From assembly GCF_009914755.1 (NCBI RefSeq), contig NC_060926.1: DNA of 64,000 bases; one strand, 5' to 3'. The DNA is from the human T2T-CHM13v2.0 reference genome, Homo sapiens. Positions within the stretch are counted from its first letter, which is position 1. Each line of letters opens with the position of its first letter. This document shows, piece after piece, positions 40,174-64,000 of this stretch. The translations under genes were made by a program, and so were the position numbers. The notes under the pieces were generated by a model, which was given only the letters and a program-made list of their open reading frames with translations, was not told the DNA's origin and made no database searches.

Positions 40174-40186
40174 GTTGCTAGGAAAC
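40174..40186. promoter_or_regulatory. RFX X-box candidate GTTGCTAGGAAAC
   Basis: 13-bp imperfect palindrome matching the RFX consensus, immediately upstream of the inferred C2orf80 exon 1. A GC/CACCC box (~40225-40241) and an E-box CACGTG (40308-40313) are nearby. Confidence 0.6.
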
Positions 40187-40623
40187 AGTGAATGAATTAA
40201 AATCATTTGTTTTAAAAATACACTCCCCTACGCCCACCCCCATTAAGGGTTGAGGGAGGGTGGAAAGTCATATATTTGGGACAGGATTGTGATCCTGGCC
40301 TGAAGTTCACGTGTCTTTTTACCTGAGTAGGCTTATGTTTCCCATCTAAATGATTAATTGAAAAACCAAGAGGATGGGAGGAGTTTACCTTCCCCAGAGT
40401 TTTTTATAGCATTTGGCTGCAGACATAGGAATCAATTGACTAAGCAAGGATTGCTGGGGAAGCTAGTGAAACTCTGGCTCCTACATAGTTAGGGTGCCCC
40501 AAAGTACCCAATGACCCAAAGATCATTCTACTCGATGAATGTCAATACAAAACAGTGGCAATCCTGAAGAAACATCACCTGGGTTCAAGCTAGCACCATC
40601 TTTCTAATTATAGATGAGATCCC

Positions 40624-41085
40624 TTTCATGTGCGTCTGTGTGAAGAGACCACCAAACAGGCTTTGTGTGAGCAACATGGCTGTTTATTTCAACTGGGTGC
40701 AGGCAGGCTGAGTCCGAAAAGAGAGTCAGCAAAGGGTGGTGGATTATCATTAGTTCTTATAGGTTTTGGGATAGGCGGTGGAGTTAGGAGCAATGTTTTG
40801 TGGGCAGGGGGTGGATCTCACAAACTACATGCTCAAGGGTGGGGAGAATTACAAAGAACCTTCTTAAAGGTGGGGGAGATTACAAAGTACCTGCTTAAGC
40901 GGGGGGAGATTACAAAGCACATTGATCAGTTAGGGTGGGGAAGAAACAAATCACAATGGTGGAATGTCATCACTTAAGACTATTTTTACTTATTTTGTGG
41001 ATCTTCAGTTACTTTAGGCCATCTGGATGTATATGTGCAAGTCACAGGGGATGTGATGGCTTGGCTTGGGCTCAGAGGCCTGACA
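40624..41085 (-). mobile_element. HERV-H solo LTR (LTR7 family, LTR7B-like)
   Basis: Minus strand begins TGTCAGGCCTCTGAGCCCAAGCCAAGCCATC and ends ...CACATGAAA. Perfect 5-bp TSD ATCCC at 40619-40623 and 41086-41090. Confidence 0.93.
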
Positions 41086-41682
41086 ATCCCTGCCCACACG
41101 CCTGCCTCCTAGTCTTAAACACTTGCTCCCTTGCTTAAAGCTTGTTAATGGTTTCTGTCTGTGTCTCCTCTATACCACTAGACTAGGGGCAGAGTTTGTT
41201 CTTCTGGCCCATCTACGGCTGGGTGTCTGTTATTGACACCTCTTAATCTTTATTTCCACTCCTTTCCACTGGCCAAGTAAGTCACTTGATTACCTGAGGT
41301 CATATTATGAAAGACACTAACAAAACCCTAGATATAGAATTTTCTAAACTAGTTGTTCACTCCATATTGAGTTTATATTGTACCTAGACACTTCCGGGTT
41401 TGGTGAGCCTGAAGTTTATACATTATGGGGACCGTCTTTAATAAAAAGAATGCAGAATTGTAAATATGAAACTAATACAAAATTGTATGTTTATTTAGAA
41501 CTATTAATTACAAGTTACAAATTTTAAAGAGCTGAAAAATACCACAAACAAAAAATCAGTATTAATATTTTCATGATTACTAACTGCCTAACATACACTA
41601 AAATTCCTTTTTTTCTTACATACTCTTTGATTATCTGTTAATAGGACCAAGGTTTCATAGTATTTTCTATAGAGAGAATTAA

Positions 41683-42542
<860 letters not shown>

Positions 42543-42907
42543 CAGAAAATAAACTGAGTTATTTTTCTTTTTGACTCCCTATTGTTGATACCTCATTATA
42601 AGGTGTTCCACAATTTCTTGATCAAGAGAGCTTTTCACCCAAAGGCAACCTTGGAGAACTTCAACCTTGACCTTGCTAGGCTTGTTCATCCCTGTTAACT
42701 CCCTTACCCCTGCCCCCAGCTGAGGCTGCTGCAGCTGGTCCAACTCAGCCAAGTGTTCATCGATCCCAATAGTCACCTTCCCAGCTTCAGTCCTTGAAGG
42801 CAAATAGAAGGTCCACGTGTGCAGTGGTCTATCAGGGGCTGGTCATTGCTAAGACTCACATTGATGGAGGTAGTGATGGCAGTGTGCCTATCCCGATGCC
42901 ATGCCAG

Positions 42908-46055
<3,148 letters not shown>

Positions 46056-46924
46056 TGGAGAATGGCCCTCAGGCTGGGGCCATGCTGCTTTCTCTTCGCA
46101 TTCCCCATGGAGGACACGTCAAGGGTTGGAAGAGCCCAGGAAAACGAGGGCCCTCCAGCTAGGCTGCTTTAGCTTTGGGGGAAATTCACGTCTTCTTATA
46201 CCTTTTATTCTCAAGACATTAAAATCAAAACAAATAACACAACAGCAAAGAACACTTTTATGCCATAGTTAGGAAATTCTCAGTTCTCATAGCGTATCCT
46301 TGAGGCAGATATAAAAATAATATCCATGTTTTATACAGATGGGACAGAGGAGGAATACCTAGCCAGAGAAAGACCATTTCTGCAATTCTGACTTCCCAAG
46401 TACTGCATCTTCATCAGACTTCAATGTCCCTTTCAAAGTCTTTAAAATTCTTACAATATTATATCTACATATATATTACCTTGATATTGTGGAAATGTCA
46501 CAGAACATTGCCACTTCCACAGAATATTGATAGGAATTTTTCATCTTCACCAAAATTTATATTTAAATTACTGAAAAGTAGCAGTAGTACATGGTAAGTT
46601 AATAGAATGATAACTATGTGATTTTGGGTAAGTTACTTCTGCACTTTATTTCTCTCTTCTGTAAAGTGTTGTTAATGAAAATCTACCTTATGGGTTCTCC
46701 TAAATATTAGAAATATCATATATATAATGTTGGCTTGGAACATTATAATAAGTCTTTTGCAAATGGTAGTTATTACTATTATAAAGTAGTGTTTGCCTCT
46801 TTCTTCATTGTATTTATCCAGCCCTTTTAAAGTGTTCTACTAGTGAATTTCTTTGGAATCTCCTATTTTGATAGTAAGCTCCTGAAGTATAAACATCATA
46901 TTTTCTTTTTTTTTATTATTTTAA

Positions 46925-47074
<150 letters not shown>

Positions 47075-47195
47075 TGACCCCCAAATAAGAAGTATTAAAA
47101 TGTTTTATACATATCATGCATTCGCTAAACATGATCTGACATGGAAAATTTTTTTATGTCCTGAATGTAATAAGAACTCTGAACACATTGCATAC

Positions 47196-47667
47196 TGTAA
47201 AGGAGAAAAAGAAATACTATATTTTCCTCATCCATAGCAAGGCTGATGGCCGAGACCTCTCTAACAATGACATATTAACAACAAAAAAAAGCAAACAAAT
47301 TTATTTAATATAAGTTTTATGTGACATGGGAGTTTTGATAAATGAAGACCCAAAGAAATGGAAAAAATCTGTGTATTTTTATGGATAGTTGTGCAGAAGT
47401 ATGATTTGAGGACAAAAGGGTATGATCTAATGGTAAAAAACTAGGGGTACTTTAGGAAAGCCTGTTTGTTCTGATTCTTCTTGGCTTCTTTGTGCCTTTA
47501 TCCCTTTCCTCCAGGGAGAAGGTCATTGAGTGACCTTCCTAGGTTTCATGACCTGCTTCAGGGGAGAAGGGTAGGAGAAGGCCAGAGAGAACTTCCTGCT
47601 TCTGCTGTTTTCTCAGATTCCGTAGTTCCATATTTTGGGTGAGCATGTCATGTCCTGAGCGTCAACA
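47196..47667 (-). mobile_element. ERV1 LTR (MER34/MER39-like)
   Basis: Minus strand TGTTG...CCCAAAATATGG...CCATGTCACATAAAACTTATATTAAATAAATTTG...TTTACA. Confidence 0.6.
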
Positions 47668-47749
47668 GACAACATTTCTGCCTTCTCATTTGTAGAAACT
47701 TTCTAGCCCTTATTGGTTGAATAATTGGAGTCTGCAGGAGTTTATCACA

Positions 47750-48312
47750 ATGGGGTTTAGAATTCTCTACCCCAAAACATGGTACCTTGACATATTGAAT
47801 ATTTTAAGACAAAGGAATTTGAGAAAATAGCGGAAGCAGGAAGGTCACTCTCATCTTCCCGCCATCTCTCCTCCCCTGAAGCAGGTCATAAAACCTAGGA
47901 AAGATTTTTCTGACTTACTTCTGAAGCAGGTCAAAAGGCCCTCGAGTGAGAGGTGCCCTCTCTATACACGGAGGAAAGGAACATCCTTTTCTCTGAAGAC
48001 AATGGGTCACAGAAAAGAATCTGAACAAACAGGCCTTGCTAAATTCTCCCGTTTTTTGCCATTAGGTTGTACCCCCTTTGCCCAATTATATTTCTCCATG
48101 ACTGTCTATTCATCAAACATACCATAAAAATATACAAATTTAACTCTTTTTTGGGGTCTTCATTTCCTTATTAAGACTCCCATGTCACGTAAAACTTGTA
48201 TTAAATACATTTGAATGCTTTTCTCTTGTTAATCTGCTTTTTGTTAGAGGGGCCTCAGCCATGAACCTATGTTGGGCAAAAGAAAAAAAAAAAGATAGCT
48301 CTTCTCTTCTGT
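47750..48312 (+). mobile_element. ERV1 LTR (MER39/MER34-like)
   Basis: tggggtttagaa...ccccaaaacatgg...ccatgtcacgtaaaacttgtattaaata...ttttctcttgttaatctg. Confidence 0.65.
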
Positions 48313-48585
48313 AACTGGATGGTAGTATCTTTAGCATTTGCATTTGTTGTGGGGGGATGAAACTTTATGCACATATAGTGTACAGTAAACCGGCATATAT
48401 AAATATAGCATTTTTGCATGAAAAAAAGATGTGATTTAGTAAATTTCTCTGTGAACACCAGAGACCAGACATTCTAGGGTAATGAGGTTATGGCTGTGCT
48501 CAAGCTAGGATTTAAGTATGTCTGGGCACCTTTGGGGAAGTCTGCAGGACCAGGGGTTGTGAGATTATCAGAATTCTATTTGCAT

Positions 48586-48745
48586 CCGTGGTTGTCAACA
48601 TTGGCTGTACTTTAGAATCACTGGAGAAACGTTAAAAACTCCCTGGAACAATTAACTCAGAATATCTGGAAGCAGGACCCAGGCAGCCATAGCCTTTAAA
48701 TTTCTCCAGGTGCTCTAATACGCAGATAAGGTTGATAACCACGGA
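48586..48745. mobile_element. MER5-type DNA transposon
   Basis: Terminal inverted repeats ccgtggttgtcaac...gttgataaccacgg. Confidence 0.7.
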
Positions 48746-48829
48746 CACATGTGAAAAGCTGAAGGCATCCCAGGTGGTGCTCCATTATTGCAGTTGCACT
48801 GACCTCTAGCTTGGGGAAAAGTTTTCTTC

Positions 48830-49333
<504 letters not shown>

Positions 49334-49948
49334 TGTGGGGAAAAGAAAGAGAGATCCGATTGTTACTGTGTCTGTGTAGAAAGAAGTAGACATAGGAGAC
49401 TCCATTTTGTTCTGTACTAAGAAAAATTCTTCTGCCTTGAGATGCTGTTAATCTGTAACCTTACCCCCAACTCCATGCTCTCTGAAACATGTGCTGTGTC
49501 AACTCAGGGTTAAATGGATTAAGGGCGGTGCAAGATGTGCTTTGTTAAACAGACGCTTGAAGGCAGCATGCTCATTAAGAGTCATCACCATTCCCTAATC
49601 TCAAGTACCCAGGGACACAAACACTGCGGAAGACCTCAGGGACCTCTGCCTAGGAAAGCCAGGTATTATCCAAGGTTTCTCCCCATGTGATAGTCTGAAA
49701 TATGGCCTCGTGGGAAGGGAAAGACCTGACCGTCCCCCAGCCCGACACCACCCGTAAAGGGTCTGTGCTGAGGAGGATTAGTATAAGAGGAAGGAACGCC
49801 TCTTTGCAGTTGAGACAAGAGGAAGGCATCTGTCTCCTGCCCGTCCCTGGGCAATGGAATGTCTCGGTATAAAACCCGATTATATGTTCCATCTACTGAG
49901 ATAGGGGAAAACCACCTTAGGGCTGGAGGTGGGACAGGTAGGCAGCAA
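49334..49948 (+). mobile_element. 3'-truncated HERV-K(HML-2) LTR (LTR5B-like)
   Basis: Starts TGTGGGGAAAAGAAAGAGAGATC...; similarity stops at ...gggctggaggtgggacaggtaggcagcaa, so the TATA/R/U5 part is missing. Confidence 0.9.
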
Positions 49949-50039
49949 CCTGTGCCCACCTGTCCATTGGCTGGCCATTGTCACACTAAATATGATGCCC
50001 AGCACTGTGATAGCCAACTTATTATCAATCTGAAGATGA

Positions 50040-50466
<427 letters not shown>

Positions 50467-50583
50467 TAACTTTAGCCAAAGACACTCTAGGTGATACACT
50501 CTTCTAAATCCAACCTCAAAACTCATCCCAGGATTCTTGGTAGAAGGAACTGCAATAGAAGAGTGAATAAAAACAAAAAGTAA

Positions 50584-50893
<310 letters not shown>

Positions 50894-51639
50894 TCTGGGT
50901 GGACAATTTGGCAGCAGTAGTCGTACCACAGTTTCTGCCATGATGGTAGACAATGCCACCAGCTGTGGAGGCAGAAGAGAAAGGCAGACATCAGCAGCTT
51001 GGCACCTGGCATCACCAATAGGTGTTATAACAAGCAGACCCTGAGAGGTGCCAGTAGGAGCTCTCTTTGTGATCTTCTCTTGGTGGATGTCAGTGCCGTC
51101 TTCCCTGACTCACCATTTGTGGCTCAGGCTGCAACAAAACACATTATTGTAAGACGCTTGGCAACATGTAACTAGCCATTTGCTAGCCGTGGGGTATCAA
51201 AGCAATGTGCTAAACATTTCTAAGGTAATCTACACATTGTGTGTAATATTAATAACAGGTTTGTGAAGGATGCAGATCAACTTAGACAATGGGTAGGAAA
51301 GGTAGCCCCGTGCTTGCAACAAAATCTTTATTCAATAACTTTAATTCAGGCAGTTCAGCTAATATTAATGTGTGAAAAGGTGTTTCCTGTGGGAAAGAGC
51401 TTCCAGAACAAAGAATGTGTACTGAAGATAAAGATAAAATCTTTAATTTCCTAGAGTGCTCTGATGCAAAGCTTCCAGTATTTGCACTAAGAAGACTCTG
51501 CCTCCCTCACTCACAGAGGGTCCTGGTGAGCCATTGGGAAACAGACTGCCATTGAAATATCTTAATTAGGGGTGACTTTCCCCCTCAATGCTTATCCTAA
51601 GTTCTCGAAAGCAGGATTGTCCTTTTTAAAAAATTAATT

Positions 51640-55449
<3,810 letters not shown>

Positions 55450-56167
55450 TAAGCTCATTTTCTTCTTTCAAAAATTGATTATCATTCAAAGTCATCTTCT
55501 TGGGAAACATTACTGTTTTTGGGTTGTAATACAAAATAATTACAATTCTTCTTGGTTGGTTGTCACTCCTATTTCATGTGTTCATCCATACGGCCATTTA
55601 TTCATTTTTACAGACATCTTTCTATACATATTCATGAAGCTTGGAAGGACACATCCCCTGCTGACTTACCTGGCTCATAAATTTGGAAGTACCTTCAGTT
55701 TACTCCTCTGTGACAGGATCAGGCCCTATGGGGGAGGTAGGCCTGTGGTATATAGCAATGCAGTGACTTGAGGGGTGAGACAGCCCCAATAAGGGCATTA
55801 GCAGGTATTAATAAGGGAGCTTCGCTAGATCCAAGCCATTCCTTCAATATCAGCTTCATCAGTAATTAAATTGACATTTTCTTTGCCTGGTTTCTGTGTC
55901 TAGCTCTCAGTGGCTCCAAATTTGAGCAAAAAGAAAAAGTAGATTTTATCTCTTAGCCCCCTACAATCCCAAATTTATATGGATGGTGGAGAGTAGGGCT
56001 TATGGAATCCTGTCTTGGCTACTAATGGCTTTGCGACCCGAGTTGTTTAACCTTTTTGTGCGTCAATTTCCCATTTGCAAAAGGAGAATCTTAATAGTAT
56101 CAGCCTCATGAAACTGTTACAAAAACTACGTGGGTTTATTCATGTGTACAACTTAAAACAGTACGTA

Positions 56168-56563
56168 GGTTTGCAGCGGCAGGGTCTGGAAAAGGGGTGG
56201 CAGGTGCCACATCCAGCCATGAAGGTGGCAAATGGAAGCCCCTGAAACAGCTCAAGAAGCAGGCCAAGGAGATGGACGAGGAAGATGGGGCTCTCTAGCA
56301 GACACACAAGGAGGGCAGCAGAAACTGGAGATGCTGAAAGCGAGGCCGTGGCGAAGGGCCTCTGGACGCAGTGAAATTAGGAATCCTGACACAAAGCAAG
56401 CTGCTCCTTGTGCCTGAGGCAAGGGTGGCCCTTGATCCATTCCTAGTTAAACACTTGGATTCCCTGCCATAGCACATTTTGCCACCTATAGCTGGAATGA
56501 GGTGTTGTCTTGAAGCTTGTTGTACATTTAGAAATAATCTTTCATAAAAAACAAAAATAAAAA
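56168..56563 (+). pseudogene. Processed pseudogene of TMA7 (CCDC72)
   Basis: Intronless; encodes (S)[24 protein letters not shown] vs TMA7 [26 protein letters not shown]. Start codon mutated to ACA (56209-56211), later frameshifts, TMA7-like 3' UTR and A-rich tail. Confidence 0.88.
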
Positions 56564-56708
56564 ATACTGTGCCTCATTGGATCTTTGTTTTTCCTCAGCC
56601 TTAGCTGTGAATTTAAAGTCAGCCCAGCCCAGCATCCTGCCAGAGCTTGCTCTTTGGTCTTAGTCTGACTGAATTCTGTATCATCTGGAAATAAACTAGC
56701 TCATTTGA

Positions 56709-57354
<646 letters not shown>

Positions 57355-57830
57355 AATGGATGTTATTCATAATATTTTAACCAAAATAATACTATGCTGT
57401 TCTGTAGCCCCTTCTCCACCTTTTCTTCAGTCAACCACACATCATGAGTATCTTTCCATGTCTGCAAATACACTCCTATCCCATTACAATTAAAGCCTGA
57501 CAAGCGTTTCACTGTGTAAAGCTTCCACAACGAATCTGCCAATCCCTTATTGCCCCCTCTTTAAACAGATATCTTGGAATTCAGGGAAAGAAGGTGGAAT
57601 ATGTACAAGCTTGTTAACTTCTTCCAAGTATTGATAAAAAAAAAAAAAAAACTAAAAAATAAATAAAAATAGGGTAGGTTTTATGAGCCTTGAAACCAGG
57701 AAATAGTGCCAGCCCCGTTTCATAAACTCAGAACAATATTTCCCAATACAGCTTGACTCAAATGAGAGAAAGTGTCCATAATTCCCTTTAACACACTGTT
57801 CTCGGTACTTGATAAAAAATAACATAGAAG

Positions 57831-58835
57831 TTTTTCCATGCTACCTAAGAGGGATCTATATGGTGCTGTTCCTTATTCTCGTCATAACTTAAAGGGAAAC
57901 TTTCACAATGTCCAGAGCCCTTTATGTCCTGCAAATGAAAGAGAAGGATGTCCTCAAATTTCTTGCAGCAGGAACCCACTAAGGTGGCACCAACCTTGAC
58001 TTCCAAATGGAACAGTACATTACAAAAGGAAAAGTGACCATCATCAATCTGAAGAGGACCCGGGAGAAGTTTCTGCTGGCAGCTCGTGCCATTGAAAACC
58101 CCTCTGAGGTCAATGTCATGTCCTCTAGGAACACTGGCCAGGGGGCTGTGCTGAAGGTTGCTGCTGTCATGGGAGCCACTCTTATTGCTGGTAGCTTCAC
58201 TCCTAGAACCTTCACTCACCAGATCCGGTCAGCCTTTTGGGAGTGTCTGCTGATGGTTACTGATTCCAGGGCTGACCACCAGCCTCTCGCAAAGGCATCT
58301 TGTGTTAACCTGCCCACCATTGCCTTGTGTCCTCTGCACTGTGTGGACATGGCCATCCCATACAACAACAAGAGAGCTTGCTAGTGGTTCCAAAGTGGTG
58401 GACGCTGGCCTGGGAATTTCTTTGCACACGTAGCACTTTCTCCCATGAACACCCATAGGAGGTCATGCCTGATCTCTCTTTCTAGAGATCCTGGAGAGAT
58501 TGAAAAAGAAGAGCAGGCCACAGCTGGAAAAGCTGAGACCCAGGAGGAATTTCAGGGTGAATGGACTGCTCCAACTCCTGAGTTCGCTGCTACTGAGCCT
58601 GAGGTTGCAGACTGGCCTGAAGTTGCGCAGGTGCCCTCTGGGCCTATTCAGCAGGTCCCCACTGAAGACTGGAGCACTCAGCCTGCCGCTGAAACTGGTC
58701 TGCAGCTCCCGTGCTCAGGCCAGTGAACGGGTAGGAACAACCACTGAGTGATCTTAAACTGTTCTTCCACAGGCTCTTAAGCAACATGGAAATAAGGCTG
58801 ATGGAAAATAAACATCAATTTCTTAAAAAAAAAAA
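57831..58835 (+). pseudogene. Full-length processed pseudogene of RPSA (40S ribosomal protein SA / laminin receptor 1)
   Basis: Starts at a 5'-TOP-like tract. ATG 57908 (MSRALYVLQMKEKDVLKFLAAGTH), premature TAA at codon 25 (57980-57982), several deletions. RPSA-like ORFs 58007..58384 and 58445..58726; AATAAA 58807-58812; poly(A) 58825-58835. Confidence 0.96.
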
Positions 58836-59107
58836 GTTGAAGAAAGGCTCTAAAAGGATCTGAGCAGTGAAATAAATTAGGTTGACCTCAGTGCTCTCAT
58901 AACTTTTTATAACATCTTCCATCTTGGTAAACTCAACCATCTTATTTTTAAAAAATATTTACATTATGGAAATAAGGTTTTTACAGTGCTCCCCCAAATA
59001 AAATTACAATATAACATAGAATATGTTGTTATCAAACAATACATCTCACCTCTTTTCACTGCTGCCATGCTCTCTTTACTCTGTACTTTTAGTTGAGAAT
59101 CACAATC

Positions 59108-59396
<289 letters not shown>

Positions 59397-60001
59397 CACA
59401 ATCTTATTAATAGTTGTGTACGGAGCCCTGCAAGCAGAGCACACACCTCCTTCACCAACTCCATGGAACATTTCATGAAATTAATCTCAGAATCATGGTG
59501 TCAGAAAGAAGAGTCTTATTTTGTCACTTCAGTTAGATCATTAGTCACTAGGCACTTCCCTCTCCCCTTCCTGCTCAGGATCTAGTTTAACTGTTAGCTG
59601 TAAGTAGACTAGATAGAAGGTTTCAGAAACATACTAAGACTTCTGAGTTAGGCTTCATATTTAAGTGTTACCTCTGCCACAGAAGGCTGGGGACAGAGTT
59701 TATAATAGAGTTTCAATAATAATGATGAGCAATATTAATTTTCTGGTTCTTTTTATTAATATGAAATTCTTTATTTGGATCAACAGATAAATGATTATCA
59801 ACAAAACAGTTTTCATTATGAGTGTAATTTTACTTCGACGAGCACGCTATAGACCTTTGGAACTATTCTAATGTAGAAAATGTATAGGTGTGATATAGAA
59901 AATACATTATCTATGTTGGCGTTGAAAAAGGTGGTCTGTTACTTATTCTCATTATGTTTTCCATATGTTCTTTTGCAAGCATAAACATAAAATGTATGTA
60001 A

Positions 60002-61275
<1,274 letters not shown>

Positions 61276-61470
61276 CATCAATGTGACCTGGGCCAGTCTG
61301 TGCCTCAGTTTCTTTTTTTATGAAACAGAGTACCTACACCACAAGGTTATTGCAAGCATAGAACAAGTAATCAAGTAAAAAATCTAGGACAGTGCTTATA
61401 TGAGGTAAACAAATGTTAGCTACAATTATCATTATTGTGCATCCAAACTATAATAAAAGGGCAAAAAAGA

Positions 61471-63310
<1,840 letters not shown>

Positions 63311-63383
63311 TGAATGAGAGAGAAAACTGATGTGTTGAATGGGAGGGGAATTAGAGAGGGATGCTGGGGAAAGAAGAGGTCTA

Positions 63384-63384
<1 letters not shown>

Positions 63385-63423
<39 letters not shown>
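63385..63423. repeat. (CA)n microsatellite, ~19 units
   Basis: Read directly. Confidence 0.95.
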
Positions 63424-63426
<3 letters not shown>

Positions 63427-64000
63427 AGATGATCAAACAGTTTCTTCGTTATCAATTTGAACTCTGTTTATTTATCACAAAAAAATTAAACAATAACCAG
63501 GAAGGCTCACCACAACTTCCTGCTGCAGCTGTGACAATGTTGTTGTAGTATATTTCATGATGTATCTGTGATTAATGGCCTTTTTCATTAAGGTTTTCCC
63601 ATTCAAAGTGACTTGGAATGCAAATGTGCATTTCAGCCAGGAGATTGTGGGGAAAATATTGTAGAAATGCCTGAGAAGTAGGGCAAATGTTCTGGCAGCT
63701 ACGGAACCAAGAACTCCTGACTTAACAAATAACTGTGTTTTACAAAGAGCCACAGGTGACCTTGCCACTCTCCTGATCCCCCTACTGAAGGTTTGTTTTC
63801 TTTCTGTCCCAGCTAAGTTAGTCTCTTTTTACTCTCTTGGTAGTCTCTTTCAGAGTTAACTACTTCCATTATAAGTGATGAAATGTATAAGGCTCCACTT
63901 CAGATGCTGGCATTGCTACGAGCATGGTCTTTCCCTTTACTGCAATTCAGAGTTAACACTTTTGATTCTTGGGGGTTTTTAAATTATATATATCTGTTTT

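Noticed and set aside
58007-58726. RPSA-like ORFs as a functional retrogene
   Set aside because: Early stop, multiple deletions and frameshifts, many substitutions at conserved residues.

Overview
Primate (by protein recognition, human) genomic DNA from the gamma-crystallin locus (2q33-q34 by established knowledge). Two spliced protein-coding genes lie in tandem on the minus strand: CRYGA (3 exons, 174 aa, CDS 10772-13542, with its TATA/MARE/SOX lens promoter) and C2orf80 (8 coding exons traced base by base, 193 aa, CDS 15795-37098, probable non-coding exon 1 near 40.1 kb). The rest is repeat-dense: about 50 Alus, an L1PB-type 3' fragment, MaLR and ERV LTRs (LTR7 solo LTR, a two-LTR MER41 remnant, a truncated LTR5), MER20/MER5, microsatellites, and processed pseudogenes of TMA7 and RPSA. 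Most of the ORF track is Alu, simple-repeat or antisense noise. Best observations: (1) a 141-bp duplicate of C2orf80 exon 3, 1055 bp upstream of it, with both splice sites and reading frame intact (candidate mutually exclusive or poison exon); (2) a decayed gamma-crystallin relic at 4.6-4.8 kb, apparently lacking intron 1; (3) a phase-compatible C2orf80-CRYGA read-through fusion; (4) an RFX X-box and a sense-oriented LTR7 at the C2orf80 5' end; (5) GAS sites in the MER41 LTRs; (6) an 84-bp perfect AT-rich palindrome; (7) a tailless AluY with a 17-bp TSD. Repeat subfamily names come from recalled consensus sequences and repeat boundaries are approximate.
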